Below, piece by piece: positions 18,610 to 26,624 of a stretch of 64,000 nt of DNA. The notes under the pieces are model-generated. The model was not told the origin of the DNA, made no database searches, and saw only the letters and a list, made by a program, of their open reading frames with translations. The stretch is taken from assembly GCA_964483665.1 (NCBI GenBank), contig CAZACP010000001.1, forward strand, positions 70,358-134,357, read 5' to 3'. The DNA comes from an uncultured Candidatus Saccharibacteria bacterium (GTDB lineage: Bacteria; Patescibacteriota; Doudnabacteria; UBA920). Each line of letters begins with the position of its first letter. The first letter of the stretch is position 1. The translations under genes and the position numbers were made by a program.

Positions 18610-18873
18610 TTATTTTAATTGAATCTTTATAAAGCCATCACAAATTATTTTTTCTATGTAGTCTTTTCTTTTTAACCTTTTTAATTTGAGTTCTATTTTT
18701 CTGGCGATTGCTAGTGTTGGAAATTCCTGTGAAAATACAAGTTTAAAATTTTTAAATCTTTGAGTTGACCATGTATGACCATGTTTATGCTGATCGTACC
18801 GACGAACTATATTATTTGTGCTACCAATATAGAATTTGCCATTTTCAGATTGTAAAATGTAAACAAATCCCGT
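18610..18873 (-). CDS. GIY-YIG nuclease (UPF0213/YhbQ-like) with ACG where ATG is expected
   Basis: Manual translation (ACG)GFVYILQSENGKFYIGSTNNIVRRYDQHKHG...ARKIELKLKRLKRKD...*. Confidence 0.8.
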   Translation of the reverse strand, partial: TGFVYILQSENGKFYIGSTNNIVRRYDQHKHGHTWSTQRFKNFKLVFSQEFPTLAIARKIELKLKRLKRKDYIEKIICDGFIKIQLK

Positions 18874-18888
18874 ATAAGTAAATTTTAT

Positions 18889-19644
18889 TTATGTGATTTG
18901 TTTTTTGGCTTTTTCTAAGGCAGTTTTGTACTTTTCATTTTCCGGCTGCATTTCCGAAGCTTTTGAGAAACTGTCTAAGGCATCATTCCACTTTTCCTGG
19001 CATTCTTGGCTAAGGCCCAAGTTATAATAGCGATTTGGATGCATTTTGTCGAGCTCAAGCGATTTTTTAAAATGATTTTCAGCCAGTTCGTATTCTTTTA
19101 AATGAAACGAGCATTGAGCCAGCTTGGCATGAAAATTAGGGTTTCCTACCTCGTGACCGACTAAATATAGGTAAATATCTTTCGCGTCCTGGTACTTGTG
19201 GTTAGCTATATAATATTTGCCAAGTTCATCATAATTTTTTCGTTCTTTGGGCTCTTTTCGTATTAACTCTAACAGTTCTTCTTCTTTGCCGTTTTGCATT
19301 AAGACAGCCGGAGTGTCGGTTTTTTGTAGGGTGATGGGTTCTTGTTTAACTTTTGTTCTAAACAAGAACAGCTTTTTTAATTGGTAAGCTTCGGGTTTAG
19401 GTCTTAAATCTTTGGCATCTAGAGCAAGTCGCCAGAGTTTATGAAGCCAAAATTTAAGTTTGGACCAAATTTTGCTGTAATTTAAGGCGGGAATTCCCTT
19501 TTCTTCTAGTTTTGTTTGGGGGGTTTCTTTTTTTAAGGCCTCGTCGTTTATATTTTGCGCTTCAGGCAAACGCCGAAGGATTAAAATAATAACCCCCAAA
19601 ATGCAAACAAAAAAAATTAAATTTGGAAGAAGTTGATAAGACAA
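18889..19644 (-). CDS. Membrane-anchored TPR protein
   Basis: N-terminal TM; C-terminal TPR repeats (YYNLGLSQECQEKWNDALDSF). Confidence 0.85.
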   Translation of the reverse strand: MSYQLLPNLIFFVCILGVIILILRRLPEAQNINDEALKKETPQTKLEEKGIPALNYSKIWSKLKFWLHKLWRLALDAKDLRPKPEAYQLKKLFLFRTKVKQEPITLQKTDTPAVLMQNGKEEELLELIRKEPKERKNYDELGKYYIANHKYQDAKDIYLYLVGHEVGNPNFHAKLAQCSFHLKEYELAENHFKKSLELDKMHPNRYYNLGLSQECQEKWNDALDSFSKASEMQPENEKYKTALEKAKKQIT

Positions 19645-19730
19645 AATAATTGGAATGACAAAAATGACAAAAACGACGTAAATGACAAAATTTAAAATGC
19701 AAAATTCGATCTTATATTTTTGTCAATATT

Positions 19731-20315
19731 TTAGTTTCCTAACACAAACCTGGCGAAACGTTTTATTACTACTTTTTCACCCATTTTGGCCACAGCGTCG
19801 GTTACAAACTGCTTAATTTTAATGTCCGGGTTTTTTACGTATGGCTGTTCCATCAAACAGGCTTCTTCGTAGTATTTTTGAATTTTCCCTTCCAGCATTT
19901 TATTTACAATTTCTTCCGGTTTACCGCTGTCTTTTATTTGCTCTTTGTAAATTTCTTTTTCCTTTTCCACTACTTCGCTCGGAACATCTTCAATATTCAC
20001 ATAAAGCGGATTTGCTGCTGCAATGTGCAGAGCCAATTCTTTTGCTAAGGCTTTAAAGTCCTCGGTTCTGGCTACAAAGTCTGTTTCGCAATTTATTTCT
20101 ACCAATACGCCAATACGGCCGCCGCCATGAATGTAGGCTTCCACAATGCCTTCTTTGGCAACCCGGTCGGATTTTTTACCAAGTTTAAGTGTGCCTTTTT
20201 TGCGTAAAATTTCTATAGCTTTTTCTTTGTCGTCCTTGGCTTCAATTAAGGCTTCTTTAATGTCGCCCATTCCGGCGCCTGTCAGTTCTCGGAGTTCTTT
20301 AATAAGATTAGTCAT
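19731..20315 (-). CDS. tsf: Elongation factor Ts (short form)
   Basis: IKELRELTGAG, EINCETDFVA. Confidence 0.97.
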   Translation of the reverse strand: MTNLIKELRELTGAGMGDIKEALIEAKDDKEKAIEILRKKGTLKLGKKSDRVAKEGIVEAYIHGGGRIGVLVEINCETDFVARTEDFKALAKELALHIAAANPLYVNIEDVPSEVVEKEKEIYKEQIKDSGKPEEIVNKMLEGKIQKYYEEACLMEQPYVKNPDIKIKQFVTDAVAKMGEKVVIKRFARFVLGN

Positions 20316-20479
20316 AAAATTATTCTAATTATTTTAATTATACTAATTAGTCTAAAAAAATCCTAATGACCAAATGTCTAATGTCTAAGCGAAAGATGAT
20401 GATTATCCACATCAGTAACTTAGCTATTACTCATTAGACATTATTTAGGTCAATTAGAATAACTAGGTTAATTAGAAAT

Positions 20480-21217
20480 TTAACTTTTTGTTTCTGCTTT
20501 AACAACCGCAGGGGCTGTGGAAACCGTAATTTGGGTTTGTCTGCCCTCGTTAATGGCCGCGGCCATAAAGTTTACGACTAATTCGGTGGCTTTGGTTGCG
20601 TCGTCGTTGCAAGGTATAACGTAGTCTACGCCGTCCGGGCTGGTATTGGTGTCAACTACGCCAATGGTTTTGACTTTGGATTTGTTTGCTTCTTTTACCG
20701 CAATGCCTTCGTGCTTAACGTCTGTTACGAATATAGCCTCGGGCAAGCGCTTTATGCTTGATATGCCTTCGAACAACTTTTTTAACTTTTCAATTTCGCG
20801 CTCTATCATTAAAGCTTCCTTTTTGGTGTACTTGGTTTGCAAATCGCCGGAAGCCTTCAGGCTTTCTAACTTTTCAAGCTTTCTAAAAGTTTTTTGAATG
20901 GTTTTAAAGTTGGTAAAGGTGCCGCCCAGCCAGCGCACGTTGACAAAAGGCATTCCGCAGGAAACGGCAGCCGCCTTAATTAGCTCCCGGGTTTGTTTTT
21001 TTGTACCTACAAACAAAATTAACCCACCCTTAGAGGCTGTTTCTTTGGCAAATTCCGCTGCCTTTAAAAGGCCTTTGCGGGTTTTTTCCAAATCTAAAAT
21101 ATGTATATCGCCCCTGGAGGCAAAAATATACTGTTTCATTTTGGGGTTCCACCTAGAGGTGTTATGGCCAAAATGCGCGCCGCTTTTAAGCAGCTCTAAA
21201 AGACTTATGTCTTGCAT
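20480..21217 (-). CDS. rpsB: 30S ribosomal protein S2
   Basis: GAHFGH, WNPKM, RWLGGTFTN, DTNTSP; start MQDIS chosen. Confidence 0.97.
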   Translation of the reverse strand: MQDISLLELLKSGAHFGHNTSRWNPKMKQYIFASRGDIHILDLEKTRKGLLKAAEFAKETASKGGLILFVGTKKQTRELIKAAAVSCGMPFVNVRWLGGTFTNFKTIQKTFRKLEKLESLKASGDLQTKYTKKEALMIEREIEKLKKLFEGISSIKRLPEAIFVTDVKHEGIAVKEANKSKVKTIGVVDTNTSPDGVDYVIPCNDDATKATELVVNFMAAAINEGRQTQITVSTAPAVVKAETKS

Positions 21218-21290
21218 ATACTTATCCTTATTCTTCCATCCCTTTGCCCCCACATCTCTAATGGAGGAGGATAAAACGGGATGTGATAGA
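21218..21290 (-). promoter_or_regulatory. Structured rpsB leader (possible S2 autoregulatory element)
   Basis: CATCCC...CCTCC...GGGGG...GGGATG nested stems between promoter and rpsB. Confidence 0.45.
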
Positions 21291-21307
21291 TTAATATTAG
21301 TCCGTAT

Positions 21308-21349
21308 ATTATAACAAGGCTTGACGAAATTGGCAAGTCTTGGTAAAAT
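21308..21349. promoter_or_regulatory. Overlapping divergent sigma70 promoters for rpsB and rpmE
   Basis: Minus: TTGCCA(21336)-17-TATAAT(21313); plus: TTGACG(21321)-17-TAAAAT(21344). Confidence 0.75.
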
Positions 21350-21390
21350 ATGTGAGTTAACTTATTACAATCAATTATCAATTAAATCAG

Positions 21391-21651
21391 ATGAAACCTA
21401 CGATTCACCCCCAATATCACATCGGCGCAAAAGTTTCTTGCGCGTGCGGAAATAGTTTTGTTACCGGCTCCACCAAACAGGAACTCCACACGGAAGTTTG
21501 TTCGAATTGCCATCCTTTTTATACCGGCAAGCAAAAGCTCTTAGACACCGCGGGTTCGGTAGACAAGTTTAGAAAACGCGCTGCCGCAGCCGCTCAAATT
21601 AAGGCTACAAAAACTGTTAAGAAACCCAGAAAAACCAGAGCCGCAAAGTAG
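21391..21651 (+). CDS. rpmE: 50S ribosomal protein L31
   Basis: [23 protein letters not shown]. Confidence 0.97.
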   Translation: MKPTIHPQYHIGAKVSCACGNSFVTGSTKQELHTEVCSNCHPFYTGKQKLLDTAGSVDKFRKRAAAAAQIKATKTVKKPRKTRAAK

Positions 21652-21805
21652 TTATTTAAAATTTGTAACTAAACCGCACGTCTATGTTAGGCCTGCGGTT
21701 TTGTGTTAGAATTAAACCAGAGAAAAGAGAAGAGCGAAAAGAGAATAGAATAAATACAATTTTTTTCCTATCCTTTTCTCTAATCTCTATTCGCTAACAG
21801 CTAAA

Positions 21806-22894
21806 ATGGAACCAGCCTTTCAAAAAATTGTTGACGAGTATAATCAGCTAACCGCGGAAATGTCCAGCGGCAGGGCGGATTTAGATTTGGCTAAATTGGG
21901 CAAAAGACAGGCGTCGTTACAGCCTTTGGTTGAAAAAATAAACCGTTTAGATAAAACAGAGAAAGATTTAAAAAGCGCGGAAGAACTATTAACATCGGCC
22001 GATAAAGATATGGCGCAAATGGCAAGCGAAGAAATTGCCCCTTTGAAGCAAGAAATTTTAAATTTGCAATCTGCGATTGAGGAAGCTTTGCTTCCTAAAG
22101 ACCCCAACGACGAAAAAGACTGCTTGGTTGAAATACGGGCCGGCGCGGGCGGCGACGAAGCCACGCTTTTCGCCGCGGAATACTTTAGAGCTTTAGGTAA
22201 ATTTGCTGAGGAGAATAGTTTTAAACTACACATTGTTTCAACTTCAAAAAGCGAAGCCGGGGGTTTTAAGGAAGTAATATTTGAAATATCTGGCACTTCG
22301 ACCAGCTCAGTATCTAATGGCGGCGCGTTTGGAATTTTTAAATTTGAATCCGGCGTGCACCGCGTTCAGCGCGTTCCCGACACGGAAAAAAGCGGCCGGG
22401 TTCATACCTCCACAATTACAGTTGCGGTTTTGCCGGAGCTTGAGGAAAATGATTATAAAATTGACCCTAAAGATTTAAAAATTGAAGCCACTACCTCTTC
22501 GGGCCACGGCGGGCAGAGCGTAAATACCACTTACTCGGCTATACGCATAGTTCATATTCCGACCGGCATAACCGCCCAGTGCCAGGACGAAAGAAGTCAG
22601 GCGCAGAACCGGGAAAAAGCTTTGGCGGTTATACGCTCGCGCGTGGCCGCGCATTTTGCGGAAATAGAAAATGCCAAAATTAGAAACATGACCAAAAGCC
22701 AAATTGGTACCGGCGACCGAAGTGAAAAAATCCGCACCTATAACTTCCCGCAAGACCGCGTAACTGACCACCGCATAAACCAAAACTTTAACCAAATAAA
22801 CCTTATAATGGAAGGCAAATTCTCCCCCATTATAGCCGCTCTTCAAAAAGCGGATTTGGAATTAAAAAAAGACGCGTTAAAAAATGAACCCTGA
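21806..22894 (+). CDS. prfA: Peptide chain release factor 1
   Basis: ESGVHRVQRVPDTE (PxT motif), GGQ, RSEKIRTYNFPQ. Confidence 0.97.
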   Translation: MEPAFQKIVDEYNQLTAEMSSGRADLDLAKLGKRQASLQPLVEKINRLDKTEKDLKSAEELLTSADKDMAQMASEEIAPLKQEILNLQSAIEEALLPKDPNDEKDCLVEIRAGAGGDEATLFAAEYFRALGKFAEENSFKLHIVSTSKSEAGGFKEVIFEISGTSTSSVSNGGAFGIFKFESGVHRVQRVPDTEKSGRVHTSTITVAVLPELEENDYKIDPKDLKIEATTSSGHGGQSVNTTYSAIRIVHIPTGITAQCQDERSQAQNREKALAVIRSRVAAHFAEIENAKIRNMTKSQIGTGDRSEKIRTYNFPQDRVTDHRINQNFNQINLIMEGKFSPIIAALQKADLELKKDALKNEP

Positions 22895-23279
22895 TAATTT
22901 ATTCGAAAAATATTCTAGTAGAGATACTTCGGAAACGGATGAATATAACAGTGAATATTTAACAGCTCTATTAATATTAGAGGATTTTGGCATATTTAAC
23001 ACCGATCTTAGTCCAGCGGATGCAGCCTTGCTAAGATTTTTTATAAAACGATGCTTCGAACAATTCGAAAGAGATAAACAAGATAAAAAGAAGTATGCTT
23101 ATTCCTTCGGGAGTTTTAGTGGCGAAGCTGTTGTTATATGGTTTTCGCACTACGGTATAGATCTAAAAACTATTTTAAAAATATCTGGTAAAATGTCTAA
23201 AGAAGTTAGTCCAGCTTTGAAGAAATATATACTTAATGAATGGAAAAAAGCTAAAGCAAAAATGGAAAATGACAATTAA
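22884..23279 (+). CDS. Hypothetical protein between prfA and prmC
   Basis: 131-aa ORF overlapping both neighbours; lower GC. Confidence 0.6.
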   Translation: MNPDNLFEKYSSRDTSETDEYNSEYLTALLILEDFGIFNTDLSPADAALLRFFIKRCFEQFERDKQDKKKYAYSFGSFSGEAVVIWFSHYGIDLKTILKISGKMSKEVSPALKKYILNEWKKAKAKMENDN

Positions 23280-24153
23280 AGAAGTTTTAAAAAAATATAA
23301 TAAAGTCGAAATTGAACTCCTTTTGGCACATATATTAAAAAAGCCCAGGGAGTTTTTGTATTTGAATCCAGAGCGCAAGTTAACAAATAAGCAATTTGGC
23401 AATTTAGCAAAATACATAAGGCGCAGAGAGAAGGGCGAGCCTATTGCTTATATTTTAGGCTATAAAGATTTTATGGGTTTGAGGATTAAGGTAAATAAAG
23501 ATGTGCTTATACCAAGGCCGGAGACGGAAGGAATGGTTGAATATGTAGTGCAGGCCCTCGGCCTGCCTGCGGTTAAGACAGCAAAACAGCAGGCCACGGG
23601 CCTGCCCTACAAAAACACGGTTTCTATCCTTGATATTGGCACCGGCAGCGGATGCATAGCAATTGCAATCGCAAAACAATTGCAAAATTTAAAATTTCAA
23701 ATTTCTAATTTAAAATTAACTGCAATAGACATATCATCAGCCGCTTTAAAGGTCGCCAAAGCTAATGCTAAATATCATCAGACTAAAATAAAATTTATTA
23801 AGTCTGACCTGCTAACAAACATTAAAGGAAATTTTGACATAATTGTCGCTAATCTTCCCTACGTTCCGGAAACAGACTATACAAAATTAAAAAATAATTT
23901 AAATTACGAACCAAAAAAGGCTATTTTTGCAAAAAACAAAGGATTGTTTGTTATTGAAAAATTTTTAAAACAGCTACATAAATCTAAAATTTTAAATCAA
24001 AAATCTAAAATTTACTTGGAGTTTGACCCTAGGCAAAAAAAAGAATTAGCAAAATTAATAAAAAAAATCCTGCCAGGGTATAGAGCAGAATTTTTTAAAG
24101 ATTTAAATAATTTTTGGAGGTTTGTTAAAATTAAACATTCCAACATTCTGTAG
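23269..24153 (+). CDS. prmC: Release factor glutamine methyltransferase
   Basis: GEPIAYILG, VLIPRPETE, DIGTGSGCIA, NLPY. Confidence 0.93.
   Translation: MTIKEVLKKYNKVEIELLLAHILKKPREFLYLNPERKLTNKQFGNLAKYIRRREKGEPIAYILGYKDFMGLRIKVNKDVLIPRPETEGMVEYVVQALGLPAVKTAKQQATGLPYKNTVSILDIGTGSGCIAIAIAKQLQNLKFQISNLKLTAIDISSAALKVAKANAKYHQTKIKFIKSDLLTNIKGNFDIIVANLPYVPETDYTKLKNNLNYEPKKAIFAKNKGLFVIEKFLKQLHKSKILNQKSKIYLEFDPRQKKELAKLIKKILPGYRAEFFKDLNNFWRFVKIKHSNIL
23545..23610. repeat. GTAG-type REP doublet (REPIN-like) in frame in prmC
   Basis: GTAGT-GCAGGCC-CTC-GGCCTGC...GCAGGCC-ACG-GGCCTGC-CCTAC; 66 bp = 22 codons. Confidence 0.8.
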
Positions 24154-24173
24154 AATGTTGGAATGTTGTAAGG

Positions 24174-25085
24174 CTATTCTAAAAGCATTTTTTTAAATCC
24201 TACAATTGTGGTATTGCCGTTAACTCTAAGTCTAGGAACTTCAAAAAGCTTGTCTAGGCTTATGGTTTTATGGTCGTTTATTGCCACCCCCATTAAAAAA
24301 CCGGCTTCTTTGGCTAGTTTAATGTAGCGTTCGTTATAGTGCCCAAACGGGTAAATTATAATTTGTGTGTCTATCCCCAAATTGTCCTTTATATCCTGTC
24401 TGGATTGGCTTAGGTTTCTTAAGATGAAGGCATCTTCGTATTTTGGGTCAATCCCGTCAAAATGGTCTTGGGTATGCGAGACAATTTCCATCCCCTGGTT
24501 TTTTGCCTGTTTTATTTCCTGCCAAGTTGCGTAACGGTTGGTGCCGTATTTAATTCCGGAAAACTGGGTAATTATGGCAAAGCTGCCAACAAAACCGTAC
24601 TTTTTTAAGATTGGCGGGGCGTTTAGTATGGCGTCCTGGTAGCCGTCGTCTAAAGTAATTATGACCGGATTTTTCGGCATTTCAAACTCGCCGTTAGTGT
24701 AGTCAAGTAAATTTTTTAAAGTTATACTGCTATACCCGGCGGCTTTAAGCCAAGCCATTTGCTCGTCAAAACTTTTTTCGCTTACCGTTAAACCTTTTCT
24801 TAACTGGTCGTTTTCCGCGCCTTTAGGCACATCGCCAATATGATGGTACATTAAAATCGGCAATTTTATGTATTTGCCGTGGAGATTTTTAGCTTTAAGT
24901 TGAGCCTGGCGCGCGTTGGTTTGACCTGAAAGTTCACTGGGAAGATTTTGTTTCTGCATCTGCTCCCAATTTTCGCCGTATTTATTTGCCAGCATTGAGC
25001 GGTAAATAACCGAAAGCGTTACCAGCAAAATAAACAAGACGGTTAGGGTTAACCAGCTGTTGGGAATGGTTTTGTTTTGATTCAT
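24174..25085 (-). CDS. Polysaccharide deacetylase family protein
   Basis: PILMYHH, ITLDDGY, SHTQDH, YPFG. Confidence 0.9.
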   Translation of the reverse strand: MNQNKTIPNSWLTLTVLFILLVTLSVIYRSMLANKYGENWEQMQKQNLPSELSGQTNARQAQLKAKNLHGKYIKLPILMYHHIGDVPKGAENDQLRKGLTVSEKSFDEQMAWLKAAGYSSITLKNLLDYTNGEFEMPKNPVIITLDDGYQDAILNAPPILKKYGFVGSFAIITQFSGIKYGTNRYATWQEIKQAKNQGMEIVSHTQDHFDGIDPKYEDAFILRNLSQSRQDIKDNLGIDTQIIIYPFGHYNERYIKLAKEAGFLMGVAINDHKTISLDKLFEVPRLRVNGNTTIVGFKKMLLE

Positions 25086-25149
25086 TTCATATATTATAGC
25101 AAATTAAATCCCCGCCCCAACAGATTGGGGCGGGGATAAATACTTTAAA

Positions 25150-25830
25150 CTATTTTTCTTCGGCTTTTGCTTCTTCTTTTTCAGCAGCGGCTTTTTGTTT
25201 TTCGGCATCGGTTGCCGCAACTACCGCTTCTACCGCGGCTTTTTCGTCAGTTACAGCCGGGGCTAATTCTTTTTCAACATCTCTCGGAGGCTGTACTTTG
25301 GCTACTACTTCTTCTTCGCTTGAAAGCACCTTAACTTTGTCGCTAAACTTTAAGTCTTTTACATAAATGGCATCAGCGAAAGTTTTTAGGCTGGAAATAT
25401 CAACAACTACGTTATGAGGCAGGTCAGCAGGCAAACACTCAACCTGAATTTCCGAGATTTGTTTAAACAAAACTCCGCCTAAGGTTTTTACTGCCGGTGA
25501 TTCGCCCACGAATTCTATAACAACATTAGCCTTTAGTTTTTCGGTCATGCTGACTTGGTAAAAATCGGCGTGCATGGGCCTGTAAGACAAATTGTCCAGC
25601 TGTACGTCTTGAATTAAAACCGGGTGGGTTTTGCCGTCGACTACTAAGTCAACAATAGTGCTTTCCCCCGCCAGCTTTAGGGCCTTTTCAAATTCTACCG
25701 CGTTAACGGAAAGGTTTTGATTTTTTACGTTATGGCCGTACAAAACAGCCGGTATAGTTCCCTGTTTTCTTAAAACTTGATTCTGCTCTTTCAAGTCGCG
25801 AGACTTGGCGTTTAACTGAATTTTTTGCAT
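25150..25830 (-). CDS. rplY: 50S ribosomal protein L25/Ctc
   Basis: IPAVLYG, HADF, GGVL, LPH. Confidence 0.93.
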   Translation of the reverse strand: MQKIQLNAKSRDLKEQNQVLRKQGTIPAVLYGHNVKNQNLSVNAVEFEKALKLAGESTIVDLVVDGKTHPVLIQDVQLDNLSYRPMHADFYQVSMTEKLKANVVIEFVGESPAVKTLGGVLFKQISEIQVECLPADLPHNVVVDISSLKTFADAIYVKDLKFSDKVKVLSSEEEVVAKVQPPRDVEKELAPAVTDEKAAVEAVVAATDAEKQKAAAEKEEAKAEEK

Positions 25831-25876
25831 TCTGGTCCTTTAAATGATTTTGCCCATAAAAAGTCTTACCATATAA

Positions 25877-25983
25877 ATCTCTCCAAAACTTGGAGAGATG
25901 TCTCGAGTGAAATCGAGGGATAGAGAGGTTTGTTCTAAAAAACAACCTCTCCCCAACCCTCTCCAAAGCTTGGAGAGGGAGAC
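25877..25983. repeat. Intergenic paired palindromic element
   Basis: TCTCTCCAA-AAC-TTGGAGAGA and CCCTCTCCAA-AGC-TTGGAGAGGG joined by an AGAGGTT...AACCTCT stem. Confidence 0.75.
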
Positions 25984-26119
25984 AATAAGGAAATGACTTC
26001 TTTACTCACAAAATCTTAATATGAAGCTTATTATAACAAAAAGCCCTGTTTTTGGCAAGCTTGGATCTAAAACAAAACCCCAAAACCATAGAAGGCTTAA
26101 GGGGTTTTTAAAATAAAGT

Positions 26120-26533
26120 TTAGATAACGTGTTTTTGGGTCAGGGCTGCGACAAAGTCGCCGTTAAACCGCTTTAAGCCCTGGTGGATTTTAATTATTTC
26201 ACCCGAGGCAATAGGTCCGTAGCTTTTAAATTTAAGCGTGTCGCTTTGGGTCAGGTCGGTTATCATGCCGACAGAAAACACATCCGGACCTTTAATGTCA
26301 ACGCTAAAAACTATGGAACTTTTGCATTTTTGGCAGTCAGAATGAATGAGTATGTAGGCTTCGCCGTAAACTTTGTCCTGTTCGCTTTCTATAACCCGGG
26401 TACCGTCTTTTTTGTATTTATTCCCGCAAATCGGGCAACGGAGCATTGTGTTGAGCATTTCCATAACTTTCTGGATGTCCAAATTTTTTCCGCCGAAGTC
26501 AAAACCTTTTTTGCCGGGTGTTGTATTCTTCAT
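26120..26533 (-). CDS. Hypothetical Zn-binding protein
   Basis: CPIC...HSDCQKC. Confidence 0.75.
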   Translation of the reverse strand: MKNTTPGKKGFDFGGKNLDIQKVMEMLNTMLRCPICGNKYKKDGTRVIESEQDKVYGEAYILIHSDCQKCKSSIVFSVDIKGPDVFSVGMITDLTQSDTLKFKSYGPIASGEIIKIHQGLKRFNGDFVAALTQKHVI

Positions 26534-26624
26534 AAGTAATTTTAAAAGCTAATTTAGGATTTACGCACACTGCGTTAGTCCTGTAAAAATCTGTCAGCTA
26601 ATATGCTTTATTGTACCACAAAAT

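Noticed and set aside
20403-20411. DnaA box TTATCCACA (near matches at 28677 and 33183) as oriC
   Set aside because: Isolated boxes with no cluster and no dnaA or dnaN nearby
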